A stretch of DNA of 64,000 bases from the human T2T-CHM13v2.0 reference genome, Homo sapiens, in the NCBI RefSeq assembly GCF_009914755.1, contig NC_060932.1; one strand, written 5' to 3'. The notes under the pieces are model-generated. The model did not search any database. It saw only the letters and a list, made by a program, of their open reading frames with translations, and was not told the origin of the DNA. Position 1 is the stretch's first letter. Each line of letters starts with the position of its first letter. Made by a program: the position numbers and the translations under genes. Positions 1 through 12,830 of this stretch are shown piece by piece.

Positions 1-106
1 TAAACCTGCTTTCTTCCACCACTGGCTTGCTCTTGAATTCTTTCCTGAGTAAAGCCAAGGACCCTCCTGGACTAAGCTAATTTTGGGGCTTGCCTACCAT
101 ACATCA
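1..106 (+). mobile_element. 3' end of an ERV1 (MER4-group, LTR26-like) LTR, cut off by the window start
   Basis: U5-like text GAATTCTTTCCTGAG..AAGCCAAGGACCCTCCTGGACTAAGC..TTTTGGGGCTTGCCT ending in CATCA (terminal CA). Subfamily from memory. Confidence 0.5.
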
Positions 107-740
107 GTTTCTGATGGTTGTCAGCAATTCTTGTCATTCTTTGGCTAGTAGACGCTTCAATCTGCCTTCACTTCACACGGCAGCCTCCACATTGTGTATC
201 TAAATCTTTCTGTGTCCTCTCCTCTTATAAGGATGCCAGTCATTGGATTTAAATGCTCTCCCTAACCCCAGGGTGATTTCATCTTGAGGTCCTTAATTAC
301 ATCTGTAAATAACTCTATTTCCAAATAAAGTGACATCGTGAGGTTTTGGGTGAAAGTGAGCTTTTAGGGGATACTATTGCTTTGGTCCATTTTGTGCTGC
401 TATAACAAATTACTGCAGGCTGGGTAACTTATGAAGAACGGAAATCTATATCTTATAGTTCTGGAGGCTGGGAAGTTGAAAATGAAGAAGCCAACATCTG
501 GCAAGGGCCCTCTTGCTTTGTCATTCCATGGTGAAGGGTGGAAGGCCAAGAGAGCAAGAGAGAGCAAACTCCCTCCCTCAAGCCCTTTAAAATGACATTA
601 ATCCATTAATGGGCCAGAGCCCTCATGATCAAAACACCTCCCATTAGGCCCCACTTCCCAACACTGTTGCATTGGGGATTAAATGTCAACATGGGTTTTG
701 GAGGAAACAAAAACATTCAATCCATATTCAACCCACCACA
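107..740 (-). mobile_element. MLT1 (B/C-like) MaLR LTR, split by an MST LTR at 378-726
   Basis: CTCTTATAAGGATGCCAGTCATTGGATTTA, CATCTGTAAATAACTCTATTTCCAAATAAAGTGACA; the terminal TTCAACCCACCACA resumes at 727-740 after the nested MST. Confidence 0.65.
378..726 (-). mobile_element. MST (C/D-like) MaLR LTR
   Basis: GTCCATTTTGTGCTGCTATAACAAA..GCTGGGTAACTTAT..TTCTGGAGGCTGGGAAGT..AGGCCCCACTTCCCAACACTGTTGCATTGGGGATTAA. Confidence 0.75.
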
Positions 741-2534
741 GTTGAGAGCTTATGTTCAATTCATTTGTTGAGGATGGTGGACTGAAACAGGCTCTCGCAT
801 CCCACTCTTGCTCCAAATACAAAACGATAAAAATGGCATGTAAATAAATAAATAAGTCCATGTACATGATGCACACAAAAGAGTCATTCTATGGACCAGG
901 AATTGTGTGAAATCCATGAAAGACATAGAGTTGAAGACTGCAACCACAGCCTAAAACTACCCTAAAAGGTGTGATAACAAAATTGAAGTTGGCAGAAAAA
1001 TGCTTGCACCCTGGGAATGGCCTATACTCAGAGCAGAAAGCAACTCTGTGACAACCAGCAAAGTGATTCATTGGTTTTGCCACTAGGAATAGCTCAGCAC
1101 TTGACTGTATATTCATGTATCCTCACCTCGATGTGCATTTCTAGGTGGATGCAGAGGTTGTGGAGCTTGGGTTGGATGTAAAAGGCTGTAGGCGCACTGC
1201 CAAGGGGTTGTCCCAGATGGCTGGTCCCTTTAGGAGAAAGTGGTGGGCCGCCATCCTCAGATGCCTCGCATTCCCAGTGAGGACGGCCTCAGCAGCACCT
1301 TCTGTGGTTACCTTCAAGCTGACACTGCAGAGATGTATCAGGTAGTCTGACAGGAAATACTAATCCAAAAACTGAACACACAACGTGGAATAGCTAAACA
1401 TCCAAGGAAAACCAACACCAGAGGAAGACAGATGATGAACTTGAGCTCAGGAGACTCAGAAACCTTGGGTGTTAGTCAGATGTTGTCCCCTAGAGAAAGA
1501 ATTATGAAAATATGTCCCCAAATAGAAAAAATCCTAGAAGAGAAAGGCAGTATTCTTAAAATATCTTAGGTCAGAGTCCTATCCTATGATTTGTCATTTG
1601 CATCATTGCTTGGCAAGAAAATGACGTTCTTACCCTATCCTAAAACCCGAGAAGACAAAGAACACAAATCAAAACAAAACAAACTCTGTAACAGTTAGGT
1701 CACTGTCCTGCCTGGCCAACATAATGAATGATAACATTCTGACCAGAGATTCAAATTCCTAAGACCTTCCCTGGTTTTGGTTGAAAATTAGGGCAGTTGT
1801 TACCAAGGTCATCGAGGCCATACTTTTTTTTCCAGTGTATGTAGCGGTTCCCAAATGGGTCAAAATTGATTACATGCCTGAGAGTTTTTGAGGTGAAAAA
1901 TGTATGCAAAGAGAGTTTCTTTTCCTTTGCATTGGAAGGAAAGAAAATTTCTGAAGAGGGTTACCAACCTCAAAATGTCATATATAAATAATGCTTATGA
2001 ATCTCCCAAGGATAAAAAACTCTAGGCCAGAAAATAGTTATAAAGATGCAAGAATTGCATTACTCAATTCTATAATTCAATGGTTTCTAGCTAAGGCAGA
2101 AACTTCCTTTATTGGGATACAGAAAGTAGGAAAAAGCATCTTTAAATGTTTGATTCATTGTCACGTAAGAGAAATTATTTCTGAAAACATAAAAGTCTTT
2201 GTTAAAACCCACTAGAGCAGATACAGATAAAAAGCATTTTTAAAATAAGCTAAAGTCCAAAGGAACACAAAAACAAAAACTGCAGAATTTAAATTATATA
2301 ATTCAAATTCTACTTGGCTTTTTCCATGCTGTTTTATTTTGAAAAATTTACTTAATTTTTCAGAGTCTTGATGCCCTCATTAATAAAGCAGAGATACTAT
2401 AGACCTGATATGGCTTTTAAAAATAATTATATCAGTAATACATATTTATTTTAGAAAATAAACTGAGCATAATGGAAATTTAAATCTATAAAATTACATC
2501 TCACTTCTCTTTTTCTGTCAACATCTTCAAATTT

Positions 2535-2605
2535 AATTGCCTAACACCTACTATAGTACCTTGCTCATAGTAGGTAGCCTATAAATATTTGTTGAATGAA
2601 TGAAA
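2535..2605 (+). mobile_element. L2 3' end fragment
   Basis: ACCTTGCTCATAGTAGGTAG..ATAAATATTTGTTGAATGAATGAA, the typical L2 tail. Confidence 0.5.
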
Positions 2606-2802
2606 AACTAAATAGCCTTGTATCTCTGAGCTGGAGAAGTAGACAGGGACCAGATTGTAGATGGATTTGAATTTCATGCTGAAGAGCTTTTATTTTGAGC
2701 TGAGAAACACTTTTATCAAGTTTGATATGGTAATGTGGAATATAAAGTTAAGTGTGGGAAGTAGCAGTGGACCATCTTGATGGCAACTGAATGAACAGAG
2801 GC

Positions 2803-2872
2803 AGTGGAAAGAGTTAGAAAGTGGAAAGAGTTAGAAAGTGGAAAGAGTTAGAAAGTGGAAAGAGTTAGAAAG
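2803..2872. repeat. Perfect 17-bp minisatellite (AGTGGAAAGAGTTAGAA)x4
   Basis: Four identical units starting at 2803, 2820, 2837 and 2854. Confidence 0.95.
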
Positions 2873-4821
2873 GTTCCACAGCGGCCTAAAGGCTACAGGC
2901 TATTTTCATCTTAACTATGCTTCCATTTACTCTATTACCTTTAATAATAGGTTATTATTCTCCCCGTTATGAAGGGGAGAAGAATCAGAGGAAGCAGAAA
3001 GAGAGCAATAAATAGAATTACTATATTTTAAAATTGAAATCCTAAGATTTGCATGATTTTATGTGAGTTGATTCCAAGTGCCTGCATATTTTCTCATCAG
3101 CAAAACAAGCTGGAAGTGGAACACCTCTGCCTGCTGCTGTTTTTAATGAGATAATTGAGACTAAGGAGGGTTAAATTTCTTTTGAGACCCCCCAGCTCGT
3201 GAGTGTTAGAGTGATTTTCAAACCAAGGTTTAAATGACTACAAAGTCCTTTTTCCTTCTATTAAACCTACTTTCTCCACAGATGGGGATGGGGGATGGAA
3301 CTGAACTTCCTAGGATTACTAAACTCAAGGCTCTACAATCCTCTGTGGTGCTGATATTATGATGAAAAGCCAGTGGCTACCCTTAAAGAACTTTGCTCCT
3401 TCTCTATAGCGTCTCACCTGCTCATCTCTTCCTCTTACTCATGTTGGAACTAATGAGTTCTTTCCTTTGTTTCTTCTAAACTTAAAGGTATCCTTTCAGA
3501 GCTTAGAAAAGCACCTCATGATCTGCAGTAGAATTATGTTGAATTTTTCCATAGAGTCTTTTTCACTCCTTCGTATTACAACTGTTTTTCTCCCTGGATA
3601 ATGCCCAGAGCTCAGAAAGCCTGAAATTTTCAGAGATGTGTAAGTATCTAACCTCAGTCAACACCAGAGCAGGAAAGAACAGTTTGTTCTTGAGAGAACA
3701 ATCTCATTGATTCTTAATCTCAGGCCCCAAACTCAGCCATGGAGTCAGTCTAATTCCCTTTCTCTGCCAGCCTTATCTTTCTCCAAAGAGGCCAAAGACC
3801 TCTTTATAGAACGCAGAGCTAATTGGTGATCTTCATGGATGAAAACTACGCAGACAAGCTCATGAGGCAATGTATGAATGCGAGTGAAAGATAATCGCCA
3901 AGAGCACTGGGTTATAATAAAAGAAGAAAGACATGGAGAGAAAAGAGCACCTAACACACAGAAATGTGGAATAACCTTCGAAATGAGGTTGACAGCACCC
4001 TTTCTTTTCTGCAGTCAAAATAGAAGGGAACAAATCACTGAAGAGGTCTGTAAAAGGCAGTCCTTGAGTGTCATGCAGATGAATGATGTATGACCTCCCT
4101 GGTTCCCCTTGCTCTTTAATTTCTGTGGTTCCAAGAACTAACATTCCCTGCCACCTCACTGAAAAAGGGAGAGGTGTCTCTAATGACATTCCCAAAGTGA
4201 AGAACGCTGACCTTTCCAAGAAAAAGAAGGCCAGACATTTATTCACGTAAAAACAAAGCAAGTGTGTGTATGTGTAAGTGCAGTGTGTAGCAGCTTAAAT
4301 TTGAGCCTAAAGATCAAACATTGAATTTCAGTGCTGTGATAGAAAATCCTTTTACACGTGCAAATTCAATGTATGTTTAATAAAAGAACAACTTCCTTCT
4401 TACATCAGGGCTCAGATTTTCATTTTGCTAGCAGGAATATTCATTACAATCCCAATCCCGTAATTTGTGTTGCTGTCATCTTCACTGTCACCTAGTATAC
4501 TAAAAACATTAATGAGGCATTACATTTTCAATTTGAAAACTAAGTGTATGTCAAATATCTGCTTGTGTATTAAACTTTTAAAATGTTCTATATACTGTAA
4601 ATGGAGTAGTATATTTTGTATTGCAGGAGGGCTATAGTATCTAATGTGTATTGGGTCTTTTATGGGAATATTATTCTGGTTTAAAAGATAGGAGTATTTG
4701 ATTCTAATCTACATTCAACCAAGATTAGAGCTAACTGTGTGATTTTAGGCAGATCATTTTACTTTTATTGATCTCAGATTCCTGATTTGTAAAATTATGG
4801 CTCTCTCCTCTAAAAGCCTGC

Positions 4822-5308
4822 TGTAAGCAGAATAATTGGTCACCCAAAGATGTCCACATCTCAATCCCTGAAATTTGTGAGTGTCAGGTTACATAGAAAG
4901 GCAAATTAAGGTTGCAGATGGAATTACAGTTGCTAAGCAGCTGACTGTGAGATGTGGAGACTATACTAGATTATCCAGGTAGACGCAGTGTAAGCACAGG
5001 GGTTCTTATAAGCAGAAAAGGAAGGCAGAAGAGAGAAGGAACCAAAGAGATGGCCTTGTGGGAATGACCTGCCCATCTTTGCTGACTTTGAAGATGGAGG
5101 AAGAAACCACAAGTCATGGAATCTGGGCAGTGAATGGCAAAGAAAGGGATTCTCTCCCAGAGCCTCCCGAAGGAATATGGCATTGCCTACAATTTGATTT
5201 TAGCCGAGGCTTCTCTTTACAGGATTCTGTCCACCAGAACTGTAAGATGATAAATGTGTGTTGTTTTAAGCCATTGAGTTTGTGGCAGTTTGTTACAGCA
5301 GCTATACA
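4822..5308 (+). mobile_element. MLT1D-like MaLR LTR
   Basis: TGTAAGCAGAATAAT..CCCAAAGATGTCCACATC..TTAAGGTTGCAGATGGAATT..CCAGAACTGTAAGATGATAAATGTGTGTTGTTTTAAGCCA. Confidence 0.8.
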
Positions 5309-5759
5309 ATTATCTCTGAGAGCTAATTGTGACGTACTTGGTACTAAGTTTTCCGGGTGAAGATCCAGAAATCCTACCACTCACCATTCCTTCCTTTACA
5401 TTGACTGGAAAGTTTATACTCCTAAGGGTTAATTGCCAGATTACACAATCAAGGGAATGCCTGATATCCTATAATTTAGGAGAAAAATTTAAGCTCTGGC
5501 AGGCAATTAGGGCTTCACAGCCAAGTTGGGGCTCTTGCTCCTTTTATCTTGCCACTGCCAAGCTAAATCCAGAGGGGTCTGCTTTAAAGCAGAAGGCGGA
5601 GCTTGGGTGTGCTGATGGCATGGACAGGAGCAGCAGAGACTGTAAAGGAGACAAGGAGAATTTTCCTAATTTATAGCTATGTCATTAGTAAACAGTGATT
5701 GATTTACATATTACTTTCCAAAACTTGTTCCCCCAATTGCTTCCTTTTGTCACATTTCT

Positions 5760-6870
5760 TTGGCTACTGATGCCTTCACTGTCATGTTAAGAAATAGGGG
5801 AGAGAGTAAGCATCCTTATCTTTTCCCTAAGTTCAAAGGAAAAATTATGCACCCTATAATGTTTCCTATTAAGATGCTGGTCTGGGGACTAAGGTCAATA
5901 TTATTATGTTAAAGATTTACTCATCAGTTTATACTGTATTTAATGTTTTATTATAAATGGGTGTTGAATTTTGTAAAGTACATTTTCCATATATTAGGTT
6001 AGTGCTAAATATATATGTTAGGTTTTGCCATTACTTTTGCACCAACCTAATGACATCAATGGATATGTTACATAATTTTTCTGTATAGCTCTACAAATAT
6101 GATGGGTTACGTTTACCGATTTCTTTTTCTTTTTTTTTTTTTTTTTGAGACAGAGTTTCACTCTTTCGCACAGGTGGGAGTTCAGTGGCACAATCTCGGC
6201 TAACCTCAACCTCTGCCTTCCAGTTTCAAGTGATTCTCCTGCCTTAGCCTCCCGAGTAGCTGGGATTACAGGCACTTGCCCCCATGCCTGGCTAATTTTT
6301 GTATTTTTAGTAGAAACAGGGTTTCGCCATGTTAGCCAGGCTGATCTTGAACTCCTGACATCAGGATCCGCTCGCTTCAGCCTCCCAAAGTGCTGCGATT
6401 ACAGGTGTGAGCCACCGCACCCAGCCATATTTACTGATTTCTAAATGTTGAAACTCCCTTGCATTCACATGATCAAAAGTTCTAAAAAATTTGATTCAAT
6501 TCTCATTCAATTCTCAATAGTATTTTATTTGAAATTTCTATGCTCATTCATGTGTAGGAGTGGTCTTTAGTTTTCTTTGTTTAACATTAACATTTTTAGA
6601 TTTTAGGATGAAAGTTATACTTGTCTTAACAAATTCTTTTTCTATACTTTGAAAAAGTTTACAGAGCTTTGGAATGATCTGTCTCTAAAAATTCTAGGCA
6701 TGGTTCTTATTCATTTATTTTTGTGGAGGCGTTCTTAGCTACTGTACTTTCTGATTTTTTTTTTCCCCCTGAGGTACAGTAATTAGCTTAGTCTTTCTGT
6801 CTCTACTGGGGTCACTTTTAGTAAGTCACATTTTTCAAAAAAATTATCCATTTGACTTAAGCTTTTAAAT
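5760..6870 (-). mobile_element. Old L1M ORF2 fragment (interrupted by Alu)
   Basis: T-rich antisense L1 text, e.g. ATAAATGGGTGTTGAATTTTGT and CATTCATGTGTAGGAGTGGTCTTTAGTTTTCT. Confidence 0.5.
6121..6426 (-). mobile_element. AluS (Sq/Sp-like)
   Basis: Poly-T followed by a full dimer (GAGACAGAGTTTCACTCTT..GAGCCACCGCACCCAGCC); degenerate TSD TTTACCGATTTCT / TTTACTGATTTCT. Confidence 0.9.
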
Positions 6871-6884
6871 TTATTTGCATAAGA

Positions 6885-7620
6885 CAGTTAAAACCACAAT
6901 GAGCTGGTACCTTACCCCAGCCAGAATGGCCATTACTAAAAAGTAAAAAAACAAAAAATATTGGCATGGATGTGGTGAAAAGGGAGTGCTTATACACTGC
7001 TGGTGGGAATGTAAATTAGTACAGCCTCTATGGAAAACAGCATGGGGATTTCTCAAAGAACTAAAAGTAGATCTACCATTCAATCCAGCAATTCTACTAC
7101 TGAGTATCTAGCTAAAAGAAGAGAAGTCACTATAGAAAAAGGGCACCTGCATGCATATATTTATTGCAGCAAAATTCACAATTGCCAAGATATGGAATCA
7201 ACCTAAGTGCCCATCAACCAATGAGTTGGTAAAGAAAATGTGGTATACATACATCATGGAATACTACTTAGCCATAAAAAATAATGATATAATGTCTTTT
7301 GCAGCAACTTGGCTAGAACCAGAGGCCAGTATTCTAAATGAAGTAACTTAGGAATGGAAAACCAAATACCACATATTCTCATTTATAAGTGAGAGCTAAG
7401 TTTTGGGTACACAAAAACATACAGAGGGGTGTAATGGACACTGGAGACTCAGAATTTGGGAGGGGGTAGCGGGGATGAGGACAAAAAACTACCTATTGGA
7501 TACCATGTACACTACCCAGGTCATGGGTGCACTAAAATCTCAGACCTTACCACTGTACAATTCATCCATGGGACCAAACACCATTTGTACCTCTAAGGCT
7601 ACTGAAATTTTAAAAAAATT
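6885..7620 (+). mobile_element. L1PB-like 3' end (ORF2 C-terminus plus 3'UTR)
   Basis: ORF 7151-7351 resembles the L1 ORF2 C-terminus (TIAKIWNQPKCPS..KKMWY); 3'UTR CAGACCTTACCACTGTACAATTCATCCATG followed by an A-rich tail. Confidence 0.8.
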
Positions 7621-8097
7621 ATATAAAACTAGGCAAAGTAGTTTTTTGATGTATTCATTTTCTGCTTTTTATGGCTATTTTTACCTGTCATTTCTGAAAT
7701 GTGTATTTGGCTTGCTCCTTTTCTCTTGAAATAGGCAGTATTTTTTTTTAATTTTGTAGATTTTTAAAAGAATTCTTTTTGGATATATTTATTTATTCTA
7801 CTTTTTTTGTTTTCTAGTTTATTAAATTTGCTATTATCTTTACAGAAAAAATCTTTATATCTATTGATATTTGTTATTTTGCATGCTTATCTTTCTTTGT
7901 GGTAAGTTTGATTAATTTACATTTATTTCTATTTTTAATAAAGGTATTTAATAGACATTTTCACTTTATAGATCTTTTAGCCATATTCCACACACCTGGA
8001 TATACTTTGTTTCCACAATCATTAATTTTGAGAAAGTGCCCAATTTTGTTTTTTTAAATAAACTTTGTCCTGAGTTATTTAATAGACAACCCCCCTC

Positions 8098-8337
8098 TTT
8101 TTTTTTTTCAGGGTCTCACCCAGTTACCCTGGCTGGAGTGCAGTGGCACAATCGTGGCTCATTGAAGCCTCGACCTTGTGGGCCCAGGCCACTACGCCTG
8201 GCTAATTTTTGTATTTTGTGTAGATAGTGTTTTGCCATGTTGCCCATGCTAGTCTTAAATTCCTGGGCTCAAGTGATCTGCCTGCCTTGGCCCCACAAAG
8301 TGCTAGGATTACAGGTGTGAGCCACTGTGCCTGGCCC
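8098..8337 (-). mobile_element. AluJ (Jb-like) with internal deletion
   Basis: GGGTCTCACC..GCCTCGACC..TCCTGGGCTCAAGTGATCTGCCTGCCTTGGCC; part of the right arm is missing. Confidence 0.8.
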
Positions 8338-8608
8338 AGGCACCCCTTTTAAAAGTTTTTAATTTATTTTTTTTAATTTGAGTTCTAAATATTTTTTCAT
8401 ATAAAAAGACCTTTTTTATTTTAATTAATTTTTTATTTTATTGCATAATGTCAGAGAATAGTATTTGTATTGTTTCTAGTGCCTGGAATTTATTGAGGTT
8501 TTTTGGTAGATCAAGGAATGCCAATTTTCATGACTGATTCATATGCATTTAAAAATAGGTATTCTTGATTAGCAGGGTTGATTTTATATAGATAGATAGA
8601 TATAGATA

Positions 8609-11060
8609 TAGGCATACCTCATTTTTATTGCACTTGACCTTATTGTGCTTCAGATAAAAGTATACAATTGTAGATATTGTGCTACAGTGTTTTGTTTTGT
8701 TTTAACAAATTGAAGGTTTGTGGCAACCCTGCATTGACCAAGTTTGGTGCCATTTTTCCAACAGCATGTGCTCAATTTGTGTCTTTGTGTCACATTTTGA
8801 AATTCTCACAATATTTCAAACCTTTTCGTTATTATCACAGTTGTTATGTTAATCTGTGATCAGTGATCTTTAATGTTACTATTATAATTGCTTTTGGTAG
8901 CCATGAACTACATCCAAATAAAACAGGGAATTTAACAGATAAATGTGTATGTTCTGCCTGTCCCACTGACCTGCCATTCCCTCATCTCTCTCTCCCTCCT
9001 CCAGCCTCTATATTCCCTGAGACAGCAGTATTGAAATTAGGCTAATTAATAACCTTACAATGATCTCTAAGTGTTCAAGTGAATGGAAGAGTTGCATGTC
9101 TCTCAGTTTAAATCTAAAGATAGAAATGATTAAGCTTAGTGAGAAAGGCATGACAAAAGCCAAGATAAACTTGAAAACTAGGCCTCCTGCATAAAAAAAT
9201 TAACCAAATTGTGAATGCAAAGGCAAAAGTCTTGAAGAAAATCAAAATTGCTACTCCAATAGGCAAGTAGAACACATGATGATAAGAAGCAAAACAGCCT
9301 TATTGCTGATATGGAGAAAGTTTTAGTGGCCAGGACAGAAGAGCAAATCAGCCACAACATTTTTTTAAGCCAAAGCCTAATCCAGGGCAAGGCCCTAACT
9401 CTTTTAAACTCTATGAAGGCTAACACAGGTGAGGAAGCTGCAAAAGTTTTAAGCTAGCAGAGATAAGTTCATGAAGTTTGAGGAAAGACTCAATCTCCAT
9501 AATAGGAAAGTGCAAAGTGAAGCAGTAAGTGCTTAGGTAGAAGCTGCAGCAAGTTGTCCAGAACATCTAGTTAAGATAATTGATGAAGGTGGCTACTCTA
9601 AACAACAAATTTTCAATGTAGATGAAACCACTTGATATTGGAAGAAGATGGTTCCTAGAAGTTTCATAGCTAGAGAAAAGTCCATGCCTGGCTTCTAAGT
9701 TTCAAAGGATTTGCTGCCTTTCTCAAAGAACAGGCTGATGCTCTCTGAAGCCCTGCTTCAAAGGATAGGGCTACTGTAGTTGGTGACTAAGTTGAAGCCA
9801 ATGGTCATTTGCCATTTCAAAATTTCTAGGGCCTGAAGAATTACGCTGTATTTACTCTGTATGTGCCCTAAATAGAACAACAAAGTCTGGGTGAGAACAC
9901 ATCTGTTTACAGCATGGTTTACTGAATATTTTAAGCCCACTGTTGAGAACTGCTGCTCAAAAGATTTCTTTCAAAATATTTCTGCTCCTTGACAATGAAC
10001 TTGGTTATCCAAGAATTCTGATGGGGAAGTACAAGGAGATCTGTTCCATTCTGTAGTCCATGGATCCAAGAGTAATTTTAACTTTTAAAATCTTATTATT
10101 TTAGAAATACATTTCAAAAGGCTACAGCTGCCATAGACATTGATCTGATGGATCTGGGCAAAGTATATTGAAAGCCTTCTGGAAAAAATTCACCATTCTA
10201 GATGCCAATAAAAACATTTGTAATTCATGAGAGGAGGTCAAAATAGCAGCATTATCAGGAGTCTGGAAGAAGTTGATTCCAACACTCATATATGCCTTTG
10301 AGGGGTTCAGGATATCAGTGGAGGAAGTCACTGTAGATGCAGTAAAAACAGAAAGGAAACTAGAATTAGAAGTGGAGGTGGAAGATGTGATTCAGTTGCT
10401 GCAATCTCATAAAACTTGGGTGGATGAGGAGTTGTTTCTTATGCATGAGCAAAGACAGCAGTTGTTTGGGGATGGAATTTACTTTCGGTGAAGATGCTGG
10501 AAACATTGTTGAAATGACAAAGGATTTAGAATATTACATCTACTTAGTTGATCAAGCAACTGCAGAGTTTGAGAAGACTGATTATAATTTTGAAATAAGT
10601 TCCACTGTAGATGAAATCCTGTCAAACAGCATTACACAGTACAAAAAATCTTTCATGAAAGGAAGAGTCAATCAATGTGGCAAACTTCATCATTGTCTCA
10701 TGTAAAGAAATTGCCACAGCCACTCCAACCCTCAGTAACCACTACCCTGATCAGTCAGCAGCCATGGACAAGAAGCAAGACACTCCACCAGCAAAATGAT
10801 TTTGACTCACTAAAGGCTGAGAATAAAAGGCTTAGATGATCATTGGTAGGTTTCTCTTTTTTTTTAGCAATAAAATATTTTTAATTCAGATATTTACTTT
10901 TTAAAGCCACAATGCTATTGCACACTTAATAAACTACAATATAGTGTACACATAACTTTTATGAACACTGGAAAACCAAAAAAAGTTACATACCTTATTA
11001 TGATATTTGCTTTATTTGGTGGTCTGAAACCAAGCCTGCAATTTCTCCAAGATGTAACTG
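8609..11060 (+). mobile_element. Near full-length Tigger1 DNA transposon (pogo/Tc1-mariner) with dead transposase
   Basis: Left TIR (T)AGGCATACCTC, decayed right TIR ..CCAAGATGTAACTG, TA on both flanks (8607-8608, 11061-11062), about 2.45 kb; transposase remnant with QIFNVDET near 9606, broken by stops and frameshifts. Confidence 0.9.
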
Positions 11061-11353
11061 TATCTCTTTATGTATAATTATGTAATTCTACTTTACTGAT
11101 TTTGTTGTTTAGTCCTTGTACACCTTTAATACTTTTTCGTTCTATTTGATTTTGTTGTGTTGCTGAACTGTGCTCAGTATAGTTTTGATTTATCCCATTA
11201 GGCATTGTGAACATGTTTTTTTCTTTTTATAAAAGTGCTCAGCCTATTATTATGTTTAATTCTACTTTAGTTTTTTATTTTTAATTATGTATATGATGCT
11301 TGCATAGATAGATAGATGTCAATAGATAGATAGAGAGATAGACAGATAGATAG

Positions 11354-11764
11354 TGACGTAGTTGGGATATTTGTCCCCTCCCAAATCTCAGGTTGAATTT
11401 TAATCCCCAGTGCTGGAGGTAGGGTCTGGTAGGAGGTGTTTGGATCATGGAGGAGGATCCCTCCTGACTTCGTGCTATCTTCATGGTGGTGAGTTCACAC
11501 AAGATCTGGTCATTTTAAAATGTGTGGCACCTCCCCTTGGACTCTCTCTCTCTTGTTTGCTCCTGCTTTCACTGTGTGACATGCCTATTCCCCCTTTGCC
11601 TTCTGCCATGATTGAAAGTTCCATAAGACTTCACCAGAAACTGAGCAGATGCCAGCACCATGCTTCTTATAAATCCTGCAGAACTGTAAACCAATTAAAC
11701 CTTTTTTTATAAATTACCCAGGCTCAGGTATTTATTTATAGCAATGCAGGAACAGCCTAATACA
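11354..11764 (+). mobile_element. MSTA/MSTB-like MaLR solo LTR inside a GATA-rich tract
   Basis: GATATTTGTCCCCTCCCAAATCTCA..TTTGGATCATGG..ATAAATTACCCAGGCTCAGGTATT..CTAATACA. Confidence 0.8.
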
Positions 11765-11772
11765 GGTGGATG

Positions 11773-11819
<47 letters not shown>

Positions 11820-11824
11820 GATAG
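11773..11824. repeat. (GATA)11 tetranucleotide microsatellite
   Basis: Eleven perfect GATA units from 11773; degenerate GATA also at 11305-11353. Confidence 0.95.
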
Positions 11825-12379
11825 TTTTTTCCAGTCCTATGAGTACCTCTTGGGGATTTGGGGGTTCTTAAACTCTTGGGGACAACACAATACCTTGCCC
11901 TCCCTCTGTTTCTTCCTACAATTTGGGTCTTGAATCTATTGGTAATTGGTTCCTATCTTCTCCAAATTGTTCTTAGGAAATCTTGTTCTGTTCAATATTT
12001 TTGTAATTTTTTTTTGTGTTGGCTACTCTAGTTGGTCTGTTTCATGAGGTAACTAAAGGAAATTAAAAACTATGCTTGTCTCCTGCAATTTATTTCCAGA
12101 ATTTATAAATTGGTAATTTTTTCTTTTCTAATTATAAATCAATTTTTAATTTTCTAATTTTATATTTGTAACTTTTATAACAAGCAGAACCTCCCCCAAC
12201 ACATAAACTTTGGGCCCCCAGAAACTTGTCTCTTTGCCTCACCAAGTCAAAAATAAAATTGTAATATAGAAGAGAGTGGAAGAGGTGGAAACTCAAGTAC
12301 TAGGGCAAGATTTATGGACCAAAAAAGTAGTAAGAGTGACTTGTTGCTAAGTCCTGACTACTGAGAGATTTAGGTTCTT

Positions 12380-12830
12380 CCAGCATTTATTTCTTTATTC
12401 TTATGTTTATTGGCTTGACATATATTTATTGTACATTCATTATATGCCAGACTGTCCTTAGCAATGAACAAATTAGGCATAACTCCCTTCCCTAATGGAA
12501 GTTATAGTGTAGGAGTATGATAGAGAACAAATAAGCTAATGAAATGTATTTCATATAGTGATGGATTCTGAAAATGGAGGCAGGCTGTAGCCTGTAGGTG
12601 GGGAAGAGGGGGGATGAAAATACTTTTTGTGTAATAAATGACAAATTTATTTATTTATTTAACAAATACTATGAACTCCCAGATTTTTAACATTGTTTAT
12701 TAATTTCCATATTCAAAAACATTTTGGATGCACTGGAATACCTAGTCTGTGCCAAGGATGTAATTTACAAAGAAGAATAAGATACAGTATTAGCTTTTAA
12801 GGGCTCACTGGGTAATGTGGGAGAACCACT
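12380..12830 (-). mobile_element. L2 3' fragments
   Basis: ACATATATTTATTGTACATTCATTATATGCCAGAC and TTTATTTATTTAACAAATACTATGAAC. Confidence 0.45.

Noticed and set aside
2803-2872. CRISPR-like array
   Set aside because: Head-to-tail repeats with no spacers, eukaryotic context, no cas genes.
9060-10705. Domesticated TIGD-like transposase
   Set aside because: Numerous stops and indels; TIRs and TA flanks indicate an ordinary dead Tigger1.
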